64,000 bases of DNA from Vicugna vicugna (lineage: Eukaryota). A model generated the notes under the pieces. It saw only the letters and a list, made by a program, of their open reading frames with translations, did no database searches and had not been told where the DNA came from. The position numbers and the translations under genes are program-made. Position 1 is the first letter of the stretch, and every line of letters begins with the position of its first letter. The stretch spans positions 4,650,001 through 4,714,000 of the forward strand of contig MU058213.1 of the NCBI GenBank assembly GCA_013265495.1. The letters are read 5' to 3'. This document shows positions 12,417 to 25,400 of this stretch, piece after piece.

Positions 12417-14681
12417 ATTTTTCCAGTTTTATTGAGATATAATTGGCATATAACATTGTGTAAGTTTCAGGCATATGCAGTGGTGATTTGATAGACTTAT
12501 ATATTGCAATATGATTATCACCATAGTGTTAGCTAACACCTCCATCATGTCACATAATTGCCATTTCTTTTGTGTGCTGAGAACTTTTAAGATTTACTCT
12601 CTTACCAGTTTGCAGGTATACAGTGCATTGTTGCTATCTGTAGCCACAATGCCGTGCATCAGGTAAGTGGGGAACTCACTCATCTTCTAAATGGAGGTTT
12701 GTACTCTCTGACCGGCATCTCCTTATCCCACCCCCACCCCTAGACCCCAACAACCACCATTCTGCTCTGTTTCTACAGGTTTGGCTTTTTAATTTTTATT
12801 TATTTATTTATTTACTTATTTATTCATTATTGAAGTGCAGTCAGTTACAAATGTGTTGATTTCTGGTGTACAGCACAATGTCCAGTCATGCATATACATA
12901 CATGTATTCATTTTCATATTCTTTTTCATTAAGGTTTATCAGAAGGTAATGAACACTGTTCCCTGTGCTATACAGAAGAAACTTTTTTAAAAATCTGTTT
13001 TTATATATAGTGGCTAACATTTGTAAATCTCAAACTCCCAAATTTATCCTTCTCACCCCCATTCCCTGGTAACCTTAAGACTTTACTATGTCTGCAAATT
13101 TGTTTCTGTTTTGTAGATGAGTTCATAGTGTTCTTTTTTCTTTCTTACTTTCTTTTTTTTTTTTAGATTCCACATGAGTGATATCATATGATATTTTTCT
13201 TTCTCTTTCTGGCTTACTTCACTTAGAATGATGATCTCTAGGTCTATCCATGTTGCTGCAAGTGGCATTTTATTCTTTGTTATGACTGAGTAGTATTCCA
13301 TTGTGTATATACACCACATCTTCTTTATCCAGTCATCTGTTGATGGATATTTAAGTTGAAGTTTGGCTTTTTTAGATTCCACATGAAAGTGAGATCCTAG
13401 AGTATTCTTTCTCTATCTGACTAATTTCACTTAGCATAATGCCCTCAAGGTCCATCCCTATTTTCCCAAATGGCAAGATTTCCTTCTTTTTATGGCTAAA
13501 TAATATTCCATTGTATAAATATACAACGTCTTCTTTATTCACTCATCAATAGACAATTAGGTTGTTTCTATATCTTGGCTATTCAGAGTAATGCTGTAGT
13601 AAACATGGGAGTGCAGATATCTCTTTGAGATCCTAACTTTGGACAGATACCCAGAAGTGGGACTGCTGGATCATATGGTAGTTCTATTTTTAATCTTTTG
13701 AGGAATTTCCGTACTGTTTTCCATAGTGGCTGCACCCATTTACATTCTCACCAGAAGTACACAAGGGTTTCCTTTTTTCCACATCCTCACCAACACTTAT
13801 CTTTTGTCTTTCTGATAAAAGCCAATCTGAGGGCATGATGTGGTATCTCATTGTAGTTTTGATTTGTATTTCCCTAGTGATTAGTGATGTTGAGCATCTT
13901 TTCATATACCTGTTGTCATTTGTATGTCTTCTTTTGAAAAATGTCTGTTCAGATCCTCTGTCCATTTTTTAATCACATTGTTCTTTTGCCCTTGAGTTGT
14001 ATGAGTTCTTTGTTTATCTTTGGATATTAACCCCCTATCTAATATATGGTTTGTATTTTTTTCCCATTCCATAGTTTGCCTTTCATTTTGTTGATACTTT
14101 CTTTTGCTGGTTGTAAGCTTTTCAGTTTGATAGAGTCCCACTCACTGATGTTTGTTTTTGTTGTTTGTACTTTTGGTATCATATCTAAAAAAATCAGTGC
14201 TAAGACCCATGTCAGGGAGATTATTCCCTATGTTTTCTTCTAGGAGTTTCACAGTTTCAGGTCTTACATTTAAGTCTAATTCATTTTGAGTTTATATTTA
14301 GTGAATGGTGTTAGGAGGTTCAATTTTATTTTTCTATGAGAGGTTATCCAGTTGTCCTGACACCATTTACTGAAGAGACTATTATTTCCCCATTAATATT
14401 GACTGGCTTGTCAAATATTAGTTGACTGTATGTCTGTGAGTTTATTTCTGGACTCCTGATTCTGTTCCATTGGTCTGTGTTGGGTTTTATGCCAGTACCA
14501 TACTGTTTTGATTACTATAGCTTTGTAATGTAGTTTGAAATCAGGAGTTGTGATGCCTCCAGCTTTGTTCTTCTTGCTCAGGATTGTTTTTTGGTATTTT
14601 GTGGTTACATGCCAATTTTAGAATTTTTTTTTTCTGTGAAAAAAAATGCCATTAGAATTTTGATAGGGATTGCACTGAATC
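12417..14681 (-). mobile_element. L1MA9-like LINE1, 3'UTR plus decayed ORF2 C-terminus
   Basis: 3' end 'ttttattgagatataattggcatataacattgtgtaag'; ORF remnants 13690-14141 (MKRCSTSLITREIQIKTTMRYH; MEWEKNTNHILDRGLISK) resemble the L1 ORF2p C-terminal domain. Confidence 0.9.
12791..13360 (-). mobile_element. Younger L1 3' end nested inside the L1MA9-like copy
   Basis: (TTTA)n tail; ORF 13086-13382 contains PSTDDWIKKMWCIYTMEYYS (ORF2p end); TSD gtttggcttttt at 12779-12790 and 13361-13372. Confidence 0.9.
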
Positions 14682-14684
14682 TTT

Positions 14685-14945
14685 TCAGTTTTTATAATAG
14701 TACATTTTGTTGTGCTTTTTTGAAAAAGAGGCCTTCTCTTTTAGAATGACTGAAGTATTTACAGGAAAAAAAAAAGATGTAATACATGGGATTTATTTCC
14801 AAATAACTAAGAGGAAGGAAAATGGGTGAAGGTATAGATAAAATGTGATTGGCCATGAGTAGACAATTGTTGAAGCTGGGTAACAAGTACATGGGGGTTT
14901 GTTATATGTTCCTACTTTTGTATGTTTGAAATTTTCCATATTTCA
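14685..14945 (+). mobile_element. Ancient L1ME-type 3' end, right part
   Basis: 'ttgttgaagctgggtaacaagtacatgggggtttgttat..ctacttttgtatgtttgaaattttccata' fits the L1ME3/4-type terminus. Confidence 0.7.
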
Positions 14946-15321
14946 TGTTTACTTATTATTTTAAGATAAATAAGAAAAGAAGACTTAGAAAAATCATGGC
15001 AGAGTAGTTGTCAAGGTGGGGTGTCAGGCCTGACATCCATCACCCGTTGACATCCAGGCTTGCTTTGGCTGGTCTGCTGGCTGCATCTGGGGGTCTCCAC
15101 CTCACTCCTCCCTCACTGCCCCACAGGCCCTTCCCTGGAGGTGCTGTCAGCAGCTGTGCCCATCTTGGCATGGCCTCATGACTGTTTCCAGGGGAAGAAA
15201 GCTGGCTCCTGTGGACCAAGGTGGAAAGAGCAGACAATCATATGAGGCCCCCACTGGTGTGGAACAGTGATTCTAAACTACAGTCCTTCCTTCATTAGAG
15301 CACTTTGGAAAGCAAAGAGCT

Positions 15322-15418
15322 GGAGAGGGTGTAGCTCAGTGGTAGAGCACATGGTTAGCATGCACAGGGTCCTGTGTTCAATCCCCAGTACCTCTATTAA
15401 AAAAAAAAAACAAACTTA
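15322..15418 (+). mobile_element. tRNA-Ala-derived SINE (camelid Vic-1-like)
   Basis: A box 'tagctcagtgg', B box 'gttcaatccc', A-tail; TSD gaaagcaaagagct (15308-15321) / gaaagcaaggaact (15419-15432). Confidence 0.9.
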
Positions 15419-15790
15419 GAAAGCAAGGAACTGAGGGGTGGTGAAGGAGGAGGGTGAGGAAACCTTGACCAAGAACTTGCTGCAGTTTAGGGAAGGGAGA
15501 AGTGACTTTTGGATCAGAGGCTGCAAGAGATTCTGGTCAAAGGAGTGAATTGGACTAGAGAGACAGATAAATCATGCAGAATGCCTTTGAATGTCCTTAA
15601 TGAAAATGGAAAAGCCTTGCAGGGAGATGTGCCTCTCCTTTGCTCAAAGATGACCACCTTGAAAATGGCTGGTCCCTCAACAGAAGGTCAGTTGAAGGCC
15701 AGCTGTTTCAGAACAGAGAACACATTTCCCACAGAAGTAACATTATATGTGGTGCTGGGTTCCCAGGTTCTCCCTTAATCTGTAAAAAAT

Positions 15791-15880
15791 TTTATAATCT
15801 TTAAAAATTGTGAATCAGTCTGTTGCATACCTGAAACTTATATAATATTGTAAATCAACTCTACCTCAGTAAAAGAAAAA
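15791..15880 (+). mobile_element. Short L1 3' terminus
   Basis: 'aaaaattgtgaatca..tacctgaaacttatataatattgtaaatcaactctacctca' plus A-rich end. Confidence 0.75.
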
Positions 15881-17057
15881 GGAGCCAAGAAAACTTAAAG
15901 ACTAGATTCATCCTTAAAAAAATTTGATTTATGCTGGTTCCTCACCACATGTTGAATGGGATTTTGTAAGGAAAAGCAATTCAATTATTTAACAGAAAGA
16001 AACTACGCTTATTTGGCTGCATCTGAGCATTATTTGTGGGGCTCCAGTTTTGTTTTGTTTTAGCAACTTAAGAAAAAGTAAAACCTTCAAATAAAAAAAA
16101 GTTTATTCAGCCACTTGTAACGCTGAGCACTTGCACCTGAGGTCGCGAAGACACTTGTAAAGGGTTGGCAAGTTAGAAACCCCTTGTGTTACAGGTCAGA
16201 CCAGCTGAGGTGTGTGCCCAGCAGCCCACAGGGGTTGTCAGCAGGGTTCAGAGGAAGGAGGGGGCCTTTCCACGTAGGAGGCCAGGAAGGCAGTGAGATC
16301 TGAGCCAGGCTTGGCACTGGGGATCCGTTTCACGGGCGGAGCAACCCCTCTGGCCTCCTTCCTCATCTTTGTTAAGAAAAATTCTGAAGTGTGCTTTGGG
16401 GCAGTTCCCAAATTAGCCTCGAATCAGGCCCACTGAGTTACAAGGGAAAGTTAGGAGCAAGGCCAGACCCATTCGAAACAGACCTAAGAGTGCGCACGCA
16501 TGCTGAGTGGATAATCATACCTCCAGGACGCTTTTGGTTGATCATCGCCACCCCATGCTCCCTCCAGTTCCAGGCCCGCCCGTGGCTCCTAACCTGATCT
16601 CCCACTTCTGTGAAAACTCTGAGGTCAGATTAGCTCTTATCTTTGTTTTTGTTATGCTTTTCCAAACACAGCCTTCCTCAAGTGATCTTTTCCAGCAGGC
16701 CCGCAACTTCTTCCTGAAACTAACCTCCAGAATGCAGATACCAGGTCCATCGGGCAGAGTCAGAAAATAGGTCTCAGAGGGCTTCCTTATTTCAGGAAGC
16801 ATTGGATTAATGATTTCCACTCAGGAAAATATGATGTTCGAGTCCATTCCTGCTTCCAGTCCCCAAGTGAACTCCAGGAAGAAGCAAGTGAAAAGCAGTC
16901 TGAGTGTGGGCAGATCGAAGGAGGAGAGGCCTCACTTTCCCTTGAATGAAACTTTAATAGTTTAATAGAGAAGTTGGATTCTCTTGACTCCCTCCTTTCT
17001 ACTCCCACCAGTGAGCCAAGATGTCATTTCTCGTTTGCTTCTCGGCCGTCAGCTGTC

Positions 17058-17590
17058 CTGTATCAGTTACCTACTGCCACAAGAATGCTGTGTAACAACC
17101 TCCCCCACCCCCCTGATTTTAGTAGCTTAAAACAACAGCCATTTCTTACTGCTCATGTGTCTGTAGGTTGGGTGGGTGGTTCTGGTGATTTGGACCAGGC
17201 TTAGCTAGACTCAGCTGGGCCCACTCTGGGGTTAGTTGGTGTCTGAGCAGGGGCCTGGTGGACCTGGCATGGCCTCAGGTGGCATGAATCAGTTCTACTC
17301 TGTAGACCAGCCCGGCTTGTTTGCTTCCTTCAGGCTTGCTCCTGTGGCCGAGGCAGGGGTCCTGAGAGCAGAGCAGAAGCATTTAAGACCCCTGAGGCCT
17401 GGACCTGAAATGGCACATTGCCACTTCTGCTGCATCCTGTTGGCCAAAGCAAGTCACAAGGCCAACTTTAATTTCAGGGGTGAGAGCCCACCCAGCTTCT
17501 TAATGGGGGGAGGTGTGATGTCCTGTAGGCTGTGGGGTGGCTGCAGGGAGGCCATGTACTGTGGCTATGAATGCCAGCAGTCTATCAGAA
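17058..17590 (-). mobile_element. MLT1F-H-like MaLR LTR
   Basis: 'tgtatcagttacctactgc..gctgtgtaacaa', 'agcttaaaacaacag', 'ttggccaaagcaagtcacaaggcca'. Confidence 0.75.
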
Positions 17591-18646
17591 CTGCCAACAT
17601 GGTTTTCTTTTAGTTGTGGACTTAGTCCAATTTCATACATTAATGAAACTCATTCAGATTCTGCATCCAAATTCCTAATTCCTAGGAAACCAGGAAAGCG
17701 GGGCACGCCAGCCTTCTATAATCCTTCATGTGACAAACATTTCCAGAGCACCCACTGTGCCTGGCTCCTTGCTCAGTAGGTCCTGGGGAAGTGGCCACTC
17801 TCAGCCCCAGGGGTTCTCAAGCCAGTGGGAGAATCAGGCAGTGAATGGGTAGTGGGAGGCACCACTAAGCTCCCGCGGGAGCCCCTGTGTTGGGAGTGAT
17901 ACTTGGTTTTGAGTTCGAGTTTTCCAGAAAGAGAAGGAGGGGAAGTTTATCGCAGAGGCCTGGAGGCTGTAAAGATGGTGGTGTTTTCAGGAAAGAAACC
18001 TCCTTACAAGGAAGGGCAGACCCGGCTGTGAGGGGCCTTTTTGTGAAGAATGCAAATAGCCACTGCAGGGCTTAAGTGGGACTCATGTGCCCGGGTTTGC
18101 TTTTGGAAAGATCTCTGGGGCAGCAGAGGTGGAGGGAGAGCTGAAGACAGGGGGGCCAATTGGGAGGCTATTTCCACTCCAGATCTGTCCTTTCAGGTTG
18201 AAGTTTCTCTGATGCCCACCTGCCGGCTGAAAAGGGGGGCCTCTCTGGAACGGCTCAGAGGGAACCAAACCAGAGAGTGGTGGGGGCAGGGCCAGGCAGC
18301 TTTGCCCTTCTCTGCTCTTGACCGACTTCATAACAGGTTAGCTTTTAAACTTCTGGCTCATTCCAGACACTTTGCTTCTGGCGCTGGGAGGAAAGTGGGG
18401 CTCCCTGCCCCTGCATAACATTTCCACTTGCTGGGAAACACACCCTGTGTGTGATCAGGGGTGGGAGGCGTGCACAACACTTTCCATCTCAAACCTCCCT
18501 TCTGTGTGTTTTTTTGCACAAAGGCTCCATCCCCAGAGAATCTCCAGGGGCAGTTTTCTTCTGCTAACACCTAGTTCAGCTCCTGAGCTTTCAGATCCCC
18601 AGTCTGTCTCCTACCACAGTAGGGTTGTCACAAAACTCATGGGAAC

Positions 18647-19129
18647 GGTGGGAGGCAGAACAGTGTCCCAACCCCCGCCCGACCCAGCAAAGATGTCTGT
18701 GTCCTGATCCCCAGACCCTGTGAGTGTGTTATTACACAGCAGAGAAGAATTAAGGTTGCTAATCGCTGATTTAAGATTAGGAAGTTACCCTGGAGTGTCT
18801 GGATGGGCTCAGCGTAATTGTTAGGGCCCTTCAAAGGGGAAGAGGAAGGTGGAAGGGAGATCAGAGGGAGGCGGGGTGAGAGAACTCCGCCTGATTTTGC
18901 AGCTTTTGAGACGGAGAAAGAGGCCATGAGCCAGGAATGTGGTGGCCTCTGGAAGCTGGAAAGGGCAAGGAAATGGATTCTCCCCTGGAGCTTCCAGAAA
19001 GGAACACAGCCCTGCCAACACCTTGGTTTTAGCCCCGGGAGTCATGTCGGACTTTCAGACCGCAGAACCGTCAGGCAGGAAGTGTGTGTTGTTTGAGGTG
19101 GTTTGTAGCAGGAGTAGGAGACCCATGCA
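18647..19129 (+). mobile_element. MLT1D-like MaLR solo LTR
   Basis: 'gtcctgatccccagaccctgtgagtgtgtt', 'gccatgagccaggaatg..cctctggaagctggaaagggcaaggaaatggattctcccctggagcttccagaaaggaacacagccctgcc'. Confidence 0.85.
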
Positions 19130-21455
19130 GGACATGCGCGTTGACTGTGACCTCCTGCGGTTGAGGGTTTCTGCTGCGTCCTCCAAACCTAGAACATTGT
19201 GTCACAGGCCCAGTGCTCAGAAAGTGTTTTCAGGGTGGGCAGGGCTGACTGAAGGAGTGGACACCTGGTCTCTCCAGGCTCCCCGCCTGGGGAGTCCCTT
19301 CACCTTCTAGTGACGAAATTTCTGTGTCTCAAGTAAGGAATTCAGGCCTAATGACCTCCAGGGTTTTGGTGGCTTTTGAGTTGACTTACAGATCTGTCCC
19401 TCAGCTTCCTTTTCCCTCCTGGCAGCCACCGCTGGATGACTCGCTCCCCTCTGACCAGTCTCTCCCATAAAGCCTAACACTGTCATTGTCAGATGCCATG
19501 GTCATTCATTAGTCAGCACCTGGGGTCCCCTGTGCTTCCTTGTCCTTCGTGGGTGCCCTGCCCACAGGCTCAATTTAGGGGTGATAGTAGACATTGCTGC
19601 CCAGACCCCCCCTTGTCCTCCAGACTTTGAGAAACCACCTTGCCCATCCATTCTCAACCATGGAGTGTGTCAGGGATTCCTGCTTCACAGCTTTGGTTAG
19701 GGCCACTGCCTGGGACGTGGCCCTGACCTGCGATGCTCTGAGTTTGAATCCTGCATTTCCCCACAGCAGCATGTGGCCTTGGGGCCCGGCTTTCCTGTTC
19801 AGTGACAGGGGACAATCACTGAATGGGAAGAAAAACAAAGCTCTGTGTTCTTATTTACTATGACAGCCATGTCACAATGGTAGGAAGATGCTCATGGTGA
19901 CATCTATTTTCCTGACCTTCTTACCCCTGTTTACAGAGAGTGGTGATATGTCTAAGTGCAGATTCAACTTAGAGGAATTTTTTTTTCGTTTAATAAGAAA
20001 CTGAACCAAATTATAGTATGCTGCCTCCAAGTGATGGTCAGATTTGCCATTGTCACGTGGTCTAGGGGGTTAGAGATGCTCTTAGAGCAGGACTTCTTTT
20101 CTCTGGCCACCCATTAAAATCTCTCAGAGAACGTTTACAAATCTGAGCTAACTGCACCCCAGAGCCATTGAATCACTGGGTTAAATTCAGGTTTAGAAAG
20201 TGACTCCCCTTTTCCAGATGACCACTGCCTGAGATGACAGTATTTACTCCTGGTCTTCCCTTTGCTATGTACCAAAATAAGTTTACTTACTAATGACTGA
20301 AGAGCAGCAACATCCATGTGCCCCTGATTGTTGTACAAGAAGAGGCTTTGTCCTAACTGACCCTGGACCCCCTGTCAGTGCCAAGATATTTACAGATAGT
20401 CCTGGGATCTCAGCCTGGGGACCTTCCAGCCAGCTCAGCATCCAGAGCCTTCCAGAAGTTTGTGGATGAGACTCTTAAGGGCCTGGCACCTGTGCTGCCC
20501 TCCTAGGCGCTTGTCCAGAAGAGCTGCTCTCTCCACGCAGTCACCTCTCCCATCCATCTCCCCACTTCCTCCCTGGCCCCTACGAGCTATGCTCACAGAT
20601 TTTCAGCCCTGGTGCATCGGTGAGGTATAATCCTCACCTACCTCCTCCTGAGTTCCCCCTGCTCTGTGGACCAAACCTTTGGAGCACACCCTCTGGCCCA
20701 GCCCTTAATGCTGCACTTAAACTCACTGGGTGCTCCTCACTCACTCAGCAAGAAAGACCAGGATCTTCGGGACGGGCTGCAAGGCTCAATGCACCCAGCC
20801 TTGGTGTGTTGCAGACAGGAGGTCAGGACCAGGGCTTGTGGAGGCGGATGGTTGCAGGTCTCATCTGGACCAGCAATGTCATATAGGGGCAGGCTCTTGG
20901 GAGCAAGGGCTTCTGGGTCACACTGGCAACAAGAGAACATGCTGGGATCAGTTCAGCCACTAAATGCAACTCGTCCCAAGTGACTGTTAATGGCTGAGAG
21001 GGCACCTGGGGACCGGCAGGGGGACTACAGCCCAGGATTTAAGGAGGAAGGGTCAGGAAACTGGTCTTTGGTGCTGGGACAGGGAGGGGACCCCAGCAGG
21101 GACTGTGACACTCCTCCTCACCCCCACGATAGTCATTCACCCTGCAGGCTTCACATGGCTTCCCTGCCTCAATCAGAGGTGGTAGCCTCAGCCAGCAAAG
21201 AGCAGACTCAGCTGGTGTGTCCTCCACAGAGAGCAAGTCTGAGCCAGTTCCTGCTGGTGCCCCTCACTCCCTCAGTGAGCAGGAATCCAGTCACACAGCA
21301 GCATGACTTTGCCGAGGAAAATCCCCCATGGCTAATTGCTCACAACCCAGAGAGAGAGATGTTCCACTTTAAAAGAAAAGAGAAACATCCTTTCTTCCAA
21401 AGAGCCGCTAACAGCCAGCTGCTAACTAGGTGTCACTTGAAATTCACAGACATTG

Positions 21456-21469
21456 GTTCCCATAGCAAC
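21456..21469. promoter_or_regulatory. Candidate RFX X-box
   Basis: GTTCCCATAGCAAC fits GTTNCCATRGNAAC exactly. Confidence 0.4.
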
Positions 21470-21879
21470 CCCAGGGAACTGTCACAGCCTGCCCTTGATA
21501 CAGACTGTTTTAGCAAGGGGTTTTGAAATAATCAAATGTTTTAGACACAAGTTTTAAACACAATTTGTAGGTCGACATCAAGGGGTTCCTCAGCTGAGAA
21601 AGCCACAGGTTGTTTTAGTCAACGAAAACAACTCCTACGATGTGATTATCAGTGGCTGAGAGTGGTTGGGCAGTTGGTGTAAAGGCAGAGAGACTGCATC
21701 CCATGTTGAAAGTTAGCATCATATATGAAAACCTTGGACAGCCTTCCAGGCACTATGCTGTTTGGAAATATCGTCAGGAACCAGAGAAGCCATGATGCGT
21801 GGTGATGTCAACACTGATACGAGCCCTCCACCAGCCTGAATTATGCAGCAGACCCATGTCTGCAACTAGCCCCGCAGTT

Positions 21880-21893
21880 CTGCCACCTCGCGG
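21880..21893 (-). promoter_or_regulatory. Candidate CTCF site
   Basis: Reverse complement CCGCGAGGTGGCAG fits CCGCGNGGNGGCAG; two CpGs retained in CpG-poor surroundings. Confidence 0.5.
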
Positions 21894-22099
21894 TGCCTTC
21901 TGATGAGAAAAGTCCTCTGCTCTGCTGTCTTTTGGGCCCTGCAGAACATGAGTAAGATTCTCTCAAGCCTTCTTCTCTGAGGACAGGTTGTCTGGGTCCC
22001 CTGGAGTGTATTCTCCAGGCATACAGGGCTTCTTGGAGAAATGGGCTGGGATTTCAGGACTGAAAAAGGAAAAGAACAAAATAAGCCAGGACCAGTTTA

Positions 22100-22455
22100 T
22101 GGTGTCAGAATTAGGGAAGTGCTGGAAACATGATGGGGATACGTCCAAAGTTCACACGAACCAGCTTGAAGAACTCTCAACAACCAAAACTGGGGAATCT
22201 GAGCAATAAAATAAATATGGTTAACAGTGGATCATGACCCCTAGAGTAAAACAAATGTATTTTGCTAAGTGAAAGAAGCCAGATCCCCGAAGCTACATAC
22301 TGCATGAATCCACTTGTGTGACATTCTGGAAAAGGCAAAACCATAGGGATGGAAAGCAGATCAGTAGTTGCCAGAAAAAGGGGTTGATCACAAAAAGGCT
22401 GCATGAGGGAGTTTTGGGGGGTGATGTAACTGTTTAATGGAGGTGGTGGTAGATA
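22100..22455 (+). mobile_element. Old L1 (L1MC/MD-type) 3' region lacking its terminus
   Basis: 'tgctaagtgaaagaagccaga', 'gacattctggaaaaggcaaaaccatagg..cagatcagtagttgccag'. Confidence 0.7.
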
Positions 22456-25400
22456 TAGAGCTTAATTCATCTTCTAACTGGAAATTTGCAGCCTTCAACA
22501 GACATCTCTCCACTTCTCTGACCACCCAGCCCCTAGCAACCACTGTACCACTTTGTTTCTATGAGTTTGGCTTTTTTAGATTCTAGATATGAATGAGGTC
22601 ATATAGTATTTATTTTTCTCTGCCTAACATTTCACTTGGCTTAATAATACCCTCAGGGTCCACTCATGTTATCACAAATGGCAGGATTTCCTTCTTTCTC
22701 ATGGCTGAATAATACTCCATTGTATATACCTACCACATCTTCTCTATCCATTCATCCATCAACAGACACTTAAGTTGTTTCCATATCTTCGCTATGGTGA
22801 GTAATCCTGCAGTGAATGTAGGAGGGCAGATACCTCTTTGTGATCCTGATTTCATTTCCTTTAGATATATAGCTAGAAGTGGGATTGCTGGATCACGTGG
22901 TGGTTCTATTTTTTATTTTCTGAGGCTGTACCAATTTATGTTCCCACCAGGACTGCACAGATTCCCTTTTCTCCATGTTCTCTCCAAGTCTTGTTATTTC
23001 TTATATTTTTGATGACAGCCATTCAGCAAGAATGAGGTGATACCTCATTGTAGTTTTGACTTGCCTTTTTCTGATGTTTAGTAATGTCAAGCACCTTTTT
23101 GTGTACGTGTTGGCTATTTTTATGTCTTCATTGGAAAACTGTCTTTTCTGATCCTCTCCAGTTTTTAATCAAATTGTTTGGTTTTTGCTACGAGTTTTTT
23201 CTTTTTTTAAAATTTATTTTGGATGTTTAACCTATTATCTGATATATGGTTTACAAATATTTTCTCCCATTCCACAGGTTGCCTTTTCATTTTGTCAATA
23301 GTTTCTTTTACTGGTTGGAAGCTTTTTAGTTTTATGTAGTCCCACTTACTGATTTTTGTCTTTGTTACTTGTAATTTTATTGTCATATTCAAAAAATCAT
23401 CACTGAGATCCGTGTCAAGTAGATTTCCCCTGTTTTCTTCTAAGAGTTGCATAGTTTCAGGTCTTACGTTTAAGTCTTTAACTCATTTTAAGTTAATTTT
23501 TGTGAGTGGTGTAAGATAGAAGTTCGATTTCATTTTTCTTCATGTGATTATCCATTTTTCCTAATACCACTTACTGAAGAGACTAACCTTTCTCTATCGA
23601 GTATTCTTGGCTTCCTTGTCAAATATTAGTTGCCATATATTTGAGAGTTTATTTCTGGGCTCACAATTCTTTTCCATTGGCCTGTGTTTTTATGCCACTG
23701 TTTTGATTACTGTAGCTTTGTAAAATAATATGAAATCAGGAAGTGTGGTGCTTCCAGATTTGTTCTTTCTCAGGATTGCTATTCAAAGTCTTTTGTGGCT
23801 CCATTCTAATTACAGGATAGGTTTTTCTATTTCTGTAGAAAATGCCATTAGGATTTTGATAGAGATTGCATTGAATCTATAGAAGGGTTTGGACAGGATG
23901 GACATTTTAACAATGTTAATTCTTCTGATCCATAAACCCAGGATATCTTTCCATTTGTTTGTGTCTTTAATTTCTTTCATCGAAGTCTTAAAGTTTTCAA
24001 TAAAAAGGTCTTTCACCTCCTTGGTTAAAATTATTCCTAAGCATTTTATTCTTTTTGATTCTATTGTAAATGGATTTTCTTTCTTTTTCAGGTATTTCAT
24101 TGTTAGTATATAGAAACCCACAACTGATTTCTGTATGTTGATTTTGTATCCTGAAACTTTACTGAATTCGATGATTAATTCTAACAGTTTTTTGATGGAT
24201 TCTTTAGGATTTTCTACATATAAGTTCATATCGTCAACAAACAGAGAGTTTTACTTCTTCCTTTCCAATATGGATGCCTTTTATTTCTTTTTCTTGCCTG
24301 ATTGTTCTCACTAGGACTTCCAGTATTATGTTGAATAGAGTGGTGAGAGTGGACACCCCTGTCTTGTTCCTGATGTTAGGGGAAAAGGCTTCAGACTTTT
24401 AGCATTGACCATGGTGTTAGCTGTGGGCTTTTAAATATGACCTTTATTATGTTGCAGTCTATTCCTTCTATACCAAATTTGTTGAGAGTTTTTAATCATG
24501 AGATGGTGTTATGTTTTGTCAGATGCTTTGATGCTTTTTCCACAACTATTAAGATGATCATATGATTTTTGTCTTTCATTCTTTTAAGATGGTGTATCAC
24601 ATTTATTGATTTGCGTACATCAAACCATCTTTGCATCATAAGGCTAAATCCCACCTGATCATGGTGTATGACCCTGTTAATGTGTTGAATTTGGTTTGAG
24701 AGTACTTTGTTGAGATTTTTTTTTTTTGATGGGGTAAGGAGATAACTAGGCTTATTTATTTATTTTTAATAGAAGTACTGGGAATTGAACCCAGGACTTC
24801 ATACATTCTAAGCATGCACTCTGCCCATGAGCTATACCTTCCCCCTAGAATTTTTGAATCTGTATTCTTTAGAGATATTGGCCTGTAGTTTCCTTTTCTG
24901 TAGTTCCTTATCTGGCTTTGGTATCAGGATAATGTTGATCTTGTAGAGTGAGTTTGGGAGTGTTCCCTGTTCTTAAACTGTTTGGAAGAGCTTGAGAAGG
25001 ATTGGCATTGATTCTTCTTTAAATGTTAGGTGGAATTCAGCAATGAAACGATCTGGTCCTGGGCTTTTCTTTGTTGGGAGTTATTTGATTACCCATTCAC
25101 TCTTACTCATTATTGGTCTCTTCAGATTTTCTGTTTCTTCACGATTTATTCTTGGTGAGTTGTATGTTTCTAGGAATTTGACCATTTCTTCTAGGCTATC
25201 CAATTTGATGGCATGTAATTATTCATAGACGTCTCTTGTGATCCTTTGTATTTTGTGGTATCAATTGTAATATCACTTCTTTCATTTCTGATTTTTAAAA
25301 TTTGAGTCTTCTGTTTTTTTCCTTAGTCTACCTAAAAGTTTGTCAAGTTTGTCTGTCTTTAAAAAAATAGTCCTTAGTTTTACTGATTTTTAAATTATTT

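Noticed and set aside
15322..15395. tRNA-Ala gene
   Set aside because: A-tail, TSD, degenerate stems and four sister copies show it is a SINE
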